From Gonapodya sp. JEL0774 (taxonomy: Eukaryota): a DNA stretch of 64,000 nt. Both the position numbers and the translations under genes were made by a program. The notes below the pieces were generated by a model that saw only the letters and a list, made by a program, of their open reading frames with translations, was not told the origin of the DNA and did not search any database. How positions within the stretch are numbered: the first letter of the stretch is position 1; the number at the start of each line of letters is the position of its first letter. This document shows, in pieces, positions 1-13,365 of this stretch. Where the stretch lies: the NCBI GenBank assembly GCA_027604505.1, contig JADIIX010000022.1:1-64000 (forward strand). The letters run 5' to 3'.

Positions 1-137
1 AATGTGCTGGGAGACGGTTTTAAGTCGCCGAGAATGTGCGTATTATAATTCGATTTCAGTCAACTTTGAAACCCACTACTCACCATTTTCGCGCGATTTA
101 CGACTGAAGCTGGGCCGAATCTCAGATCTCAACAAAG

Positions 138-3100
138 ATGCCCACCACAACAGCCAACGGGCTCCCGTCCGCTTCCACGATCTCGCCCGTTCCTCCTCGT
201 TACCTTGCTGACGAAGATGCGCCAATTGCAAAACTCGAAGCCGAGGATGTTTTCAAAACTCTTTCTGACGATGAGAAGCTGTATGCACATCACTTGGCTA
301 GGGCTTCCTTCGAGGGGACGCGAATCATATTGCGGTGTGTCTCACATAACGCATTGGGTGCGACTTCAACGACGAATTGTCATTGAATTCCATTACGCCT
401 TCCTTACCCTGCGCTCTAGTCAATGCTCCACCGAATCCGAGCCAATTTTCGATCTGATCCTCAACCTCTTCTCCCAAAAGTCACAAGAAGTTCTCAAGCG
501 AGAGTCGGGAGTGTCAGACGAGGACTGGACCGCGCTTCTCCAATACGTGGCGCAGGTTTTGTCGAATAATGGTAATTACAAGAGTTTCGGGGATACTATT
601 TTTGTGCCGAGGTTGTCCGAGAGAGAGTTTGCGAGAGTCGTGGCCGTGAGCGGAAGTGAAGAGGTAAGCCTTGCACACGGAGAAGTTTCCAAAACCTCAC
701 CTGATCACGCTTACCTTGCTCCGTTAGGCGCGTGCCCTTTTCAAGTCCCATGCCTCTTCTATCTATGCCACGAACTTCTCTGAACCGCGACTTCACCTCG
801 GATTCCTCGACGAGGGCCATCACACCGCGTTCTACTCCGGCCCCATCACCCACGCCGAAATCGACGCCGTGCAGAAAGTACTCGAGGCGAATGGAGTTTC
901 GCCGCTCAATACGAGGCTAGCCAAGACTGGGGATAAGGAGTTTGTCCTCAAGGTTGCGTCCGCCAACAGAGCCGATAGCAAAACACTCCAGATGTCGGAT
1001 GGTGGTAAGGTTACGGTTGAATTCGGAGATCATGCGACTGAAATGGCAAAAGTGAGTTAGTGAAGATGGGATGGCAGTGATGTCGCATAAACTCGAACCT
1101 GGTCTCATTGCTCAACGATTCGGACAGGTCGCCGCCGAAATGAAACAAGCCCTGAAATACGCGCCTAACGATAACGCTCGCAAAATGGTCGAGGAGTATA
1201 TCAAGTCGTACGAGACAGGAGACATGGAGGCCCACAAGGAAAGCCAAAAGTGGTGGATCAAGGACGTTGGACCTGTTGTGGAGGTGAGAAGTCTTCAATC
1301 AGACGGATGATCGTGCGGGGAAAAGCTTTGAATGCATCAATATCTTTCCTTTACTGAGCAGACTAACGTCGGCTTCGTTGAGACCTACCGAGAGTGAGTT
1401 ACTTGCCTCTGTCCACTCATTTTCTTAAGTCACACCCGCCACCACACTATCAAAGTCCCGCTGGCGTACGCGCTGAATGGGAAGGCTTTGTTGCTGTGGT
1501 CAACAAAGAGAGGACAAGAATATTCCAGGAGATGGTCCAAAGGGGTAAGTAAGATGACCGTCCCCGTTCAGCAGCTCACACATCGTTAACTATTATGCTA
1601 TTGGTCTTTAATCCGGCGGTAGCTCCGGACTTTATTAAACAGCTGTAAGATGTGCTCTTGCCATAAGTGATACCACTTGAGACTCACACCAGGACCCACT
1701 GACAGGCCATGGCCCCAGGATTTTGAGAAACCCGTGTTCAGCAAGCCTGATTTTACCTCCCTTGAAGTGCTGGCGTTTGCGACAGGAGGGATTCCTGCCG
1801 GTATTAACATTCCAAACTACGACGGTACGTTCCCTTTTGTGTGGACCCCTTCTGCTCTGGAAAGCTCACTTCTGTCCACTTGACTGAAGACATCAGGGAA
1901 ACTTTTGGTTTCAAGGTACTGTTGCCACGGACTTGTGATTGTTTGCCGCCCCTGGGATCCTAATTCATCTTGCCTTTGTCCATCACCTAGAATGTCTCTC
2001 TCGGCAATGTTCTGAACGCCAAAGTCCCCAATGTGAAGCTTAGCTTCCTCACTGATTCTGATGCCGAACTAATGGAGAAGCTCCGCGGACCAGCGTTTGA
2101 GGTCCAAGTCGGCATTCATGAACTGCTCGGTGAGTAGATTTAGACCTCCCGTCGCAAGCTTGGAGCTCACCTTGCTGATTTGTCATATGCAAGGTCACGG
2201 CACTGGAAAGCTTTTGACAGAAGAGCCCGCGGGCAAGTTTAATTTTGACAAGGATCACCCTCCCGTGTCTCCCGTGGATGGCAAGCCCATCACTAAGTAT
2301 TACAAAGTTGGAGAAACTTGGAACTCCATATTTGGACCCATAGCGTCCTCGTATGAGGTATGAGTCCCTGTTCTTGTGCAAGGAGAGTTGTTTCTCTCAC
2401 CACACGAGCTCTCCTAATGTACACAGGAGTGTAGGGCAGAGGCCGTCGCCATGTACCTTGCTACATCTCCCGAGATGCTAGAAATCTTTGGGCTGAAAGA
2501 AAAATCCGAGGCCGATGATGTAATGTACATTGCATACTTGATGATGGCGCGGGCAGGGCTCCTCGCACTTGAGTTCTATGAGCCAAAGAAGAAGGTGTGG
2601 GGTCAGGTAAGTCATGTGGAGTCTGCACCCCATCTTCCACTGACCCGTATAGCGCACGGTCCACTCCTACGCCAATCTCTCACTCACACCAGGCCCACAT
2701 GCGTGGACGGTACGCAATTTTGCAGTGTTTCCTTCGTGCCGGAGAAGACTTTGTCCGGATCGATGAAACCTCCGACAACGACCTCATTATCAGGATGGAC
2801 AAGAGCAAGATCCGCACTGTGGGCATGAAAGCCGTCGGGGAGTTTTTGCAGAAGTTACACGTTTACAAGTGCACAGCAGACATTGAGAATGGTAAGAGGT
2901 TTTATGAGGACTACACTGCAGTGCCGGAGCAGTGGGCGGGGTTGCGAGAGATTGTACTGGTACGTTACACATTCGCGAATTGTTTCCCGGCCCTTCACTT
3001 CTGCCTGACACTTGGGGCATCTCAAGGCGAAGAAGCTCCCCCGCAAGTTGTTTGTGCAGGGCAATACTAAAATCGTTGACGGGAAAGTCGTTTGGGTAGA

Positions 3101-3155
3101 CTACGAGGCGACACCGGAGGGGTTGATCCAAAGCTGGTTAGACCGAAACGTGTAA
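138..3155 (+). CDS. DPP3: Dipeptidyl peptidase III (peptidase M49), multi-exon
   Basis: Exon translations [61 protein letters not shown]. Zn-binding HELL|GHG motif is split by an intron near 2130-2193; [17 protein letters not shown]; stop TAA at 3153-3155. Confidence 0.95.
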
Positions 3156-3273
3156 TTCATTCGATGCAATAGTTTGGCATTTTATTGGGGAGCGGGCCTG
3201 AAATCAAAGATGGACTGTGTTGAAGCTCAAGATCCGTCCGTCAATATATGTACGTCAAACTTGAAGTCCCTTG

Positions 3274-6200
3274 ATGGCGGAGACAAGTGCTTTAGCGGCG
3301 GCGGTGGACGCCCACGTGGAAAGTCCGCAAAGCAACACCTCAGATCATGTCCATGCGGAGGAGGACCCGGACAGGAAAGCGGATCAGAATGCAGCGGACG
3401 GCGTGATTGCCGAGGAGGCTGCCGCGGTGAGAACCAAAGTGAAATCTGGAACAGCCTGATTTATCCATCTTCATTTTGGCTGATCACTGTATCTGCTGTG
3501 TGTCGCCGCCTTGTCATGACTGGTATGGTTCAGGAGCAACACCGACATTTTCCGTTAAAACAGATTGATTCGGGACCGGCTACTCAAGAAGTTGCTTCAA
3601 GTGCGTTTTTTCATATCTCATTTGTGCGATCTGCCCCCTTTTAAGTGGTGAATCGCTCTCACGCGTGTCTCACAGATCCCGCCCATGATCGCACAGGCGA
3701 ACATGGTGAGACTGGCCATCATCTCACCACCCCTCAACTCATCTAAACTCATGTCGTTTATAAAAGCATCTCAATCAGAGAGCGCAAAGAAGCGTCGTGG
3801 TCGACCGCCGAAGCCAAAACTCGCCATTTCGGACTCTGCCGCTGATAGCCCCGAATCAACTCCCGCTGAACCCCTGCAACCAGTGTCACGGCGCCGGGGG
3901 CGACCTCCTAAAACCGCTAAATCTACTACAGAAGCTCCAGTACCTGTGACAGCAGCAACTTTGCCGGCGTCGTCGTCATCATCCCGGAGTCTCAACCGTG
4001 GTATCGGACCTTCTTTCGCTTCTAGTAAACCTATTCATCCATTCTTCGTAAAGCGTGTTATCCAGAGTGTACCACCCGTTATGGCGCCACCGGCCAGCAT
4101 TTCAGTGGTTCCGGATCCATTGGCAACTCCAGGGATACCTTCGCCAACTGAGCTTCCATCGAAAGTTCCTGGGTGCCCTTCTCAAACTGAAGTTTCATCG
4201 GAAAAGCCTCGGAGCTGTTCGCCAACGGTTCTTGGAGCTGTTGTTGGAAAATCGGAAAAGCTTGTTTCCGAGTCGAACGCACACTTAGAACAGCCTCCTG
4301 AACCGATACTCATTCCAGACTCTCCCTTCCGCCACAACCGTGGGGTAGCCATTGCGATAATGCCCATTGAAGGTAATTACGCGCAGTCTGTTCCAGCTCT
4401 TCGTAGGTAATTACGCGCAGTCTGTTCCAGCTCTTCGTTCCGATCAAGTGGAGGAAATACCAACAACGGAAGCTGGTAATCCCGAGTTGATTGTGCCAGC
4501 CTCGGATTTGAACGGTGCTATGGAAGCGGTCATCAACACCCCTCACTGGGACTCATCGAAAGCAGCATACCGGAAACTTGTGGAAGACCTCACATGTAAG
4601 AAGAACATTGTTTCATGGCCTCTTGAATTTGTGAAACTGACTGGGTACCGGCTGTAGCCTCTAGTTCCAGTTCGGCACCTCGTCGCTCACTTCGCCGCCC
4701 AACCAAACATAATGCCACGACACAAACTGTGTCTCCACAGAATCTGCCTACACAACCCCCAAATCTCCCTGGTTCTGCATTGACTAAGCCAATCAACGTC
4801 GCGACGACCCCAGACTTCTTCCTTACCCCGGCCCAGCGCGCTCAAAAGGCCGTACTAATGGCTACACAAGCACGCGAAGCTGCGCAATTTTTGCAGTCCC
4901 GTCGGCTGCGTGAGGAAGTAGAACGCAGGGATGCAGAGGCAAAGAAACATGCCGAAGCTATGGGTACTCGAGGAGAAGGTATCATTGTGAACCCGTTCTT
5001 TGACAAGGTCAAAAAGAGGGCAGAAGAGGTATTAGTGGGTGGATTGGGTGGTGGGTATGGGACAGGGAATGTGGAGGCGGTGGATGCTGCCTGGCCAGGA
5101 CAAGGCTTGGTGCATATTGCAAGGGACGTCAGTGAATCAACGGGGGCTCGTTGGAAGCACGGTACAACAGTGGGACAGTTTCGGGTGGCTTCTCCGCCCG
5201 AAACCACTTCGACTGGAGAAATCGAGCGAAGATTCCCTTTCGTGGTCCTGGAGCCAGGAGTTCCGGATACTCTGCCACGCCATGGAACGTCACACATACG
5301 TCTCACCTTCCCCATGCTCATCTCCTGCCTCCGTACCCTTTATGGAGAGGAGTCGCTTGCCAAACCTTCCTGCGCCAGATTGCTGTCCCGTCTTTCAAAT
5401 CCGACATCTCTATCCGCTACCCACCAGTCTGCCTCAGAGTTATTGTGTGACAAGTATGCTCCTACAGCTCCATCTGAAGTTCTTGCCAACGGTGACCTCG
5501 CAATCGAAGTTGCCGATTGGCTCCGTAGCTGGAAAGTTTCCGGCCCTGAAGAACGTGCACGTCGTGAAGCTGCTGCTGCTCTTGTAGATCGTCGAGCACG
5601 GAGACGTGGTCGGGGTCGGCGAAAACCTCCGGGCTCCGACGATGATGACTTCGTTGTAACTGAGGACGATTTGAGCGAGGACGATATGGACGATGAACCT
5701 CCTTCCTTGGGGCACCCAACGACCTCAACATTGCTTCTCGTGGGTCCCCCGGGATCCTGCAAGACTGCACTTGTAAAGGTTGTGGCAGCGATGGAAGGGT
5801 ACGAAGTGATGGAGATGGGGGCGAACGAGAGGAGAAATAGGACGGATGTTAGTGGTGTTGTTGGTGGCATTGCCACCACGCATGTGGTGAAAGGTGTTGG
5901 CAGTGCGCTGACCATAGGTGGTGGAGAACAGAAAGCCAATTTTATTGAGTCAATGTGGAGTAAACTCTCGACAGTTGATCTGGTAGGAGAAAAAGGCAAA
6001 AGTGGAACCAGAATGAAGAAGCGAAGGGTGTTGGATGACGCTGATGATAGTGAAGGAGACAACTTGGAACGTTATTTGACTGGGATCCAATTTCCAGTGA
6101 CTGCATCTCGCCGTGTTGACGGGACCTCATCGGATACATTTATTGTTATCGAGGACGAGGAAGAGTGCACAGCTGACATAACCATGGTCGAGGACGGCCC

Positions 6201-8913
6201 CGACAACAGCAACGGTGGCTTCCACGTACAAGGTGATGGGTTGACTGAGGCTCATATTCCTGCACAAGAGAACGATCTGGCGGAAGTCGTGTGTCAAGAA
6301 ACTGATCCTAAGAAATACCGTCCGAATGGCAGCTCAGATAGTGGTAGTGACTATGCCGATGACGACGACTTTCAACCAGGTCATCGACGGGCCGCGAAGC
6401 CGCACAAATCAAAGTCCATGCTCCAGGTAAAGCGCAGTCGTGGGCGTCCCCCTAAATTGACCTCTTCTATTGAGGCCAAAAGTGTTCGTGCTGGTTGGAC
6501 TGGTTCCGAGGCGTCTCACGATACGCTGTCTCATGTGCCTCTTGCCTACAAACCATTACCAAGCGACTCGCAGGCTTCAGTAGACAACGACTCACAGGCT
6601 TCAGAAGCACAGGAGGTTCTCGGATTTAGTGCACTGGCAACTTCTGTCTCACTGAGTGCCGATAGGAATGCAAACAGTTCGAGGGTCACTGACGCTCCAA
6701 CTCAAGCAATAATCGTATTTGAGCAAGCGGACGTGGTTTATCGCGACGATCGTGACTTTTGGAAGATTGTCGCAGAGTTGGCTGCCGAGAGTAGGAGACC
6801 AATAGTTCTTACAGCGAACGGTGAGTTTTTGATTCCTACATGTGAAGAGTAAAGAAGAGATCTATTCATTTCTTTTGCCATATTATCTCCAATAGACGCC
6901 ACTCTCTCGTCGCATCTTCCTCCAGCACTCGAGCCTTTCATGGTCGTACGGGAACTACAACGACCTTCGGTGGAAGAACTTGCCCCTTATCTCAATCTCG
7001 TTGCGCTTCTAGAAGGTAAATGGGTGGATCCTGTAAATGTGGGAAAGATTGCGCTTCATTGCGAGGGGGACGTATCCAAAGCACTTGCAGAGCTTGAGAT
7101 GATGGCCAGAGCAAGTGCAACGCCTATTGAGATCGACTTCTCGACTTCGGAGCTCGAACAAATGGACTTATGCTCATTAAGCAACCCTTTGCGGCGGTTG
7201 AAACGCGCACGTGAGGAAGGCGTCGAGGGAAATGGACTCTACCAAAACTCTGATGGAGCAAAACGAGCCAAGTTCGATCTCGAGAATGATGCGACAGTCG
7301 ATCTCCACTCCACTCGCAAGTCTCCTCCATCGCTCATTCTAGCCGAACATCCTGCTCTGGTGCCTTATGATTCGGTTTGCGATCCAGGCACTGGTGTGGA
7401 GACGAATGTGGAACAATGTGTCACAGAGTTAACGTTCATTTCCGATCGAACCAAAGCCATTTTCTCGTCCCCAGTATCCACGGTCAGAATTATTTCGGAC
7501 CTAGAAGGAACTTCACCGGCTAGTCCTCCACTCCCTGTTCGAAAGCAGAACCTCATTCTATCGATGATGCTTGCCGCTGGGGCTACCATTCTTAATAGCG
7601 CCGAGGCTGTAACAGGGTCACGCAACAGTGGCGATGACAAAGTGTGCACTGCAGAGTCTAAAATGGACAATCACTTCAAACGTCATTTGGAGGACCAGAA
7701 CAGCATCCAAGTAGCCCTCAATGACGTTGCCACTGGACCCAACGAAGCACCGGGAAATGATGCGCCCGGCTTGCAACATAATGACGATTTGAGCGCCAAT
7801 TTGCTTCAGTACGGCGAGAATCCCGGAGAGGCCATTGACATACTCTTCGCCTACGCCGAATTTATGGATGCAGTTGGCATTTTGGACACCACGTTTTGCA
7901 AACAGTGGGTCAATTTCATGGTGAGGTCATTCTCGTTTTTGTTTAAGGACTGTTTGTGCTATTTTGAACTTATCAGACCGGGGGCGTTTTCCCAATTGTA
8001 GGTTCAAGAGCCAGACCTGATGGCCGATGACCTTGATCGCCTCGAGTCGGAATCACCATTGAACCAAGAGGACTACCTTCACCTCTATCCTATACTTCGC
8101 AAACCTCTTGAATGTGAGCTTGGCGATCAACGATATCGGCAGTGCTTTGCAGGAGAGTCCGACAGTGCGAGTATGCTTCGACTGCTCATTGGTGGTGCGC
8201 GCAACATTTTGAATGAGAAAATCGAGCAAATCGTGACCAAATGGGAGGGGACGACCGTACACGATGAGAATGAGACAAAAGCTGTTGAGCCTCGCAGTGG
8301 AACGGAAGTTGAACTTGCTGATATCCATCTCGGACGAATGTTACTCACCGACCTGGAGTCCGACAGGTATGTTCTCCAAGTATTGGAAGCATCATCATAC
8401 CAATGTATGAAATGATAACCCAAACAATCATCACAGGATGCATTACCGCTTTGTGATTCCTCACTCGCTTCGGATGTTTACTACACGTCAAACACGGGTT
8501 GGTCCATCAACCTATTTTTTTACGGAGTATAGGCCAATGGTGCAATTCATACTACGGGATGAAGTAAACAGGCTAAAGTGGGCAAGCACAAAAGATTTGG
8601 AAGCTGCTGCAATGGAAAGTGACATTTCTCGTGGATTGAGGAGGTCGACCAGAAAAAAGTGAGAACTCAGCCGACGAGAACTTGTGCCGCTCACGAATTT
8701 TAACATCAATGGTCTTTTAGGACGATCGTCTACCGACATTTTATGTCATGTGACGAAGACATGCACGAAAAAATTCTTGAACAGCTGAGTAGATTTCGTG
8801 GTCCGCAGAGCGTCAACAGGGATCGGCAGATTAAATACGTAAGGACTATTGAAACCACACTCCGTCTATTAGAGCCAGTAATACCCCAGCATACCAATAG
8901 TATCATTAATTGA
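3274..8913 (+). CDS. ELG1: Elg1/ATAD5-like PCNA-unloader (RFC-like large subunit) with AT-hooks, multi-exon
   Basis: Motifs LLCDKYAP, VADWLRSWK, Walker A-like LLVGPPGSCKT, GYEVMEMGANERR, Walker B-like IIVFEQADVVYRDDRDFW, RRPIVLTAN, GDVSKALAELE. Three RGRPPK motifs. First and last exons are approximate. Confidence 0.85.
4371..4438 (+). repeat. Perfect 34-bp tandem duplication inside ELG1 coding sequence (candidate 34-nt intron 4373-4406)
   Basis: AGGTAATTACGCGCAGTCTGTTCCAGCTCTTCGT occurs at 4371-4404 and again at 4405-4438. Confidence 0.95.
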
Positions 8914-8993
8914 ACATGTATCATATCTAACAAATTGGCTTCGTCGTAACGAAATTCTGAGCGGCTATGCGTGCGAACATTTCGGGAAACATT

Positions 8994-11900
8994 CTAAACA
9001 GAGGCTGAATAGAATCGGACATAGTCGACAAGCATCGCTTGTGAAGAATCTGTTCCTGTCTGCCCACTCCCGATCGCCATGGTGATGGTCAAATAAAAGA
9101 AGTCGTCGAACGGCCATCGCTCAACAGTATCGCCAAAATCCACTTTGTTGGCTGACCAGAAAACCTTGCCATTAGCAAAAAAGGTAACAGAGTTCGCAGA
9201 CCATTCGATCGCGAAGGCATTCCAACCGGAGGCGTCGATGGTCGTTGCGTTTTGCCAAAAGCGAAACTGTGTTTGCAAAGCAGCGTTCGCTTTCCCGCGG
9301 GTGCTCCCCGTATACTCCAAAACGTCAATTTCACCCTGGAGAGGCCAGGAGTCTGTTGAAGTTCCACTTTGTTGTTGCATAAAGATTTGAGTCAGCCTAT
9401 CCCGTTTAAAGTGGATATCGTAACACATACGCACAAAAGAGACACTGTCGACCACGTTTCTGTGGCAACTGGCAGCTTCACTCGGATTTCCATCCGACCA
9501 TACTTGAAGTGCATCAGATTCTCCGTGTCGATGCAACCGGTGGTCCAACCACCTTTACCACGAGTGGCGGACAGAACGAGCATCCCGTTCTCGACTTTAG
9601 CGTTCTCCGCAGAATACACTTCACCTCGCATCGAGCTATTGACTCCAGTCTTTATTTTCCAGACCTTGGGATCCGGAATTCCGGAGTAGCTGAACTCCTC
9701 GCTCCACGTCAAGACCCAGGGTCCAGACGGCTCTGCGGCCGACTCAGCGGTGTTCAGTTGAGAGAGTGACGCGGTAGACGCGACCCCCCAGTTAGCACGG
9801 ATCGCATAAGAGAGCTCAGAGCCCATGTCTTCGGAGAGCTCCCACACCATCACACCGCCTAAGCCCAAGCTCTTCGTGTAGAGTACTTTCGCTTTGATGG
9901 ACTCAGTATCGTCATAGCCTCCATGACACAATTAATGGCCACTTAGTGATGAATACTGCACTTCCGTTGGTTGGATGTTGTGCAGCATGACTCACTAATG
10001 AATGTCGTTCCTTTCAGCAACGATGGCACTTGTGCTGCATTCCACCATGACCGAATCCATTCATTTGCTGCAGCCAACGGACTGTTAAGGTATCCATCAC
10101 CGCGCAGAGTCCTCCAAGGTAAGTAGCCGGCGGTGCCCGACGATGGTTGGTAGAGACCACTATTTGCAGTTGAAGAGACGTACGTCCCATGACCTAGGAA
10201 CAGGGAGAAAATGAAAAGTGACAATCACCGAGTTTCAGTTATTAAGCACTTTACCGTAGAAGGCGAGTCCAGTGGCCAGCTTGTTTTTTGGAACACCTGC
10301 GTTCAGAAAGGCTGAAACGGTCCCTGATACCGAGCCGTAGTCGTAAGGAGATGCCGGATCAGGGTACAACGGCGCATTGAAGCATCCCATTCCTGGCTCA
10401 AAGCACAGTCTTTGCCCTCGACGTTCGATCAAGAATCAAACAAGGAAAACTAACCGCTATATGCTCCGTTACAAAGATCATAGGTCATCAAATTGATCCA
10501 GTCGAGAACTTGTGCCATTTGAGGAAGCAGGTTTTTGTAGGTTGACACGCTCGCGCTGGACGCGATGGTGATCAGCTTGCCGGCTCCGAGCGCGGAGCGC
10601 AGATCCTTGAGCATCAAGAGAAAATTCGACGCATCGTTGGCGTCGACTGTGTTGTAGGATTCTCCCCCACCGCCAGGATCTGTCGCCCGCGGTTCCATTT
10701 TGAGTGACGGAATCGGACAGAAACCAGCCAGACACAACACCATACGCACATTCCCAATCGATGTCCACTCCATCGAAACCGTTGTTATTAAGAAATGCAG
10801 CAACATTGCTAGCAAACGCCCACCGCTTCGTTGGATCCTTTGCGACGTCCGAGAAGTACGTGCTGCTGGTCCATCCGCCCACGCTGAGCACCGACTTCAA
10901 GCCAGGGTACTTTCGTTTCGAAAGCGTGTTGAGAGCGTAAATGAGGCCGCTGTCGACACCCATGAGCTCCCCGTTCGCTCCCACCGAGTAGAACGCGTAG
11001 TTGACGACATTGATACCGGTTAGGTCGATGGTCGTGATGTCGCCCCTAAACGAGATCCAGATTCGTCGATCGTCAAAGATGAAAAAAAAAAAAAGAATAG
11101 GGGCCGTCTAGAACCCGCATACGCACCCCCAATTTGGCATGTACACGACAAACCCCGGCCCAGCTCCCGACGATGGGGCTGGCGGTGGTGCAGCAGGGGC
11201 AGAAGAACTCCCTCCACAACTTGTTCCGTACATTGACTGACATCCCGTGCCACAGCTGCAGATGATTGAAAGAGGTTTGGGTAAGTTCAGCAAGGTGTGA
11301 AAAATAATGGCAAGCGTGCTCAACGACTGCGACTGACTATTCACTGGTGATTCCACAATAACCCCATTGGGAGCAGCACATGTCCCCACATTTGAGATTA
11401 AACTCTGGCCCACACCGGCCCGTGGTGGACACCGGAACCGTAGTGGGCTCTGGCGTGGGCGAACTCGTGCCGGTCGAGGAGGGCGAGGATCCGGTCTTGA
11501 CACACATTTGCGTCGCAGCGTCGTAGTGGAACCCGTTGGTGGAATCGCACACGCACGAAGAAGAAGTCTCGGTGACGCTCGGAATCCAACCGGCGGATGC
11601 GTCGCACGACGGCTGTTCGCACTGTTTGGTGACGGCGTTGTACACGAACCCACGAGTCCACTGAGAACATGGAGCGGCAAAAGCAAAAAAGAAAATGCAG
11701 CAATCAAAGGACGCAGAAAAGAGGGAGGGTTGCACTCCAGACTCACATCACAGACACACGTAAAGGTCGTTCCGGTGCCAGCCATCCAGCCGGTTTCAGT
11801 GTCGCAGGTCTGCGCAATTTGCGTCGCCTCAGCAAACGTCGTCGTCGTGGTCACGGTCGTCGTAACGCGCCGTCGCGCCGTGTAATACACATTCTTTGTG

Positions 11901-12601
11901 GTCGTCCTGGTCGCAGCACCGACCCCAGCCGTCGCCACGACCTGTGTCGTTTCGGCCGCCGCGATCGCCGCAGCGACCCAGTCGGGAACCCTCATGACAG
12001 ATCCCGGCCGGAACTCTGACGGATCCACGTCCGCGTTCGCGGCGTTTCCTTTCGAATCCGGCGGGGGCGGCACGGCGGGTTTCCACGGCGCGTAGGTGTA
12101 GTTGTACGGGTACTCGAAGTCCTTAACCCCGGAGGCAGCCGCCGCCGCCGCCACAGCCGCGAGCGCGTCCGCTTTCGTTCCGTTCGGAGGACCAACCGGG
12201 AGCTGTTGGTCCACGGGGTACGCCCGGGTTCCGGCATAGTGCACGATCGGACCAGACGAGGATACGCCCGAGTCGCCCGTCACGCCTGACGCCGATTCGG
12301 CCATGGGCACACCTGGATCGCCGGTGCCGGTTTGGTGGTCGTACACGCCGAAGCGGCCGATGGCGGCGCCGGCGAGGAACACCGCGACCATCATGCCCGA
12401 ATACAAGGACCGAGAAATCCATCTGTCTCGTGTCTCTTGGAGCGCGGCTTTCGACTCGGATTTTCCTTGTACTTCGATACCGCGGAGATTGGACCTTGAC
12501 GGACCTCGGGACGGCAAGAGTTTGTCTTTGGGAGAGTACGTTTGCCCCGCCGACGATGGTCCGGTTTCAGAGAGCTCGATGTACGATTTGCGTTTACCCA
12601 T
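8994..12601 (-). CDS. Type II membrane CBM18-GH18 chitinase-GH16 beta-glucanase fusion, paralog A
   Basis: Starts MGKRKSY; TM-like SLYSGMMVAVFLAGAAIG; Cys-rich repeats; hevein/CBM18 GRCGPEFNLKCGDMCCSQWGYCG..CGTGCQ. GH18 motifs SVGGW, FDGVDIDWE, MTYD, LGGVMVWEL. GH16 motifs WSEEF, FKYGRMEIR, WPLQGEIDVLE, MLVDYVRFY. Confidence 0.92.
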
Positions 12602-13365
12602 CGTTTTTCTTGGTGGGGTTGGGGATACCGAGCGATGGTCGAAACCAGATGGATCGAATGACCACAAAACGCAGGTTCAAGACAGAAAGAGAAACAGGAG
12701 GGAAGCAAAAACGCAAATGCAGATAGATATGAAAGGGAGCAAATTGCAGAACGAGAAAAAAACAATTTGGAACACTGAAATCGAACAGCGGGACAAACAA
12801 CACTACAGATGGGAAATCTTCACGGTTGCGCCAAATGGACAATTTTCATACTAGCAGAGCCCAAAAACAATGATATACACGCAATTTAAAAATCGATGTC
12901 TTATGCTCACTTCGCATTCCTCCCTCTCAGCACTCGCATCATGAATCGTTGCATTCTTCGCCAACTTTTTGATGTCCAGTGCGGAAGACTGCAAAAACTA
13001 CTCGCTCGAAAGGTCCGCGACGGTCGTATATAAAAATATGGACGTACATACTTTGACGAAAAGGTGCCCCCCCACCCCCATTGCGCTCCCCTCTCCCTCC
13101 ACCCGTGGTTCCAACTCGGCAACTGCCACGTTGATGGCGATGGCGGTGGCGGTGGATGCACGGGGCGGGTCGGGCGATTGCGCATGTCCGTGCCCGGACC
13201 GGTCACCATGCCCCGTGCCCCTGTCCAGGGCTCGGCGGCCGTCTCCCTCGCCACCGTGACCTGCACCACAACCATGGACCACCTCCACCACCACCATTCC
13301 CCCCAGCGCCGCCACCGTGCCCCTCCACCCTCCCCCGTTCCCTTCCGCCCACCACCACCCCCGCC

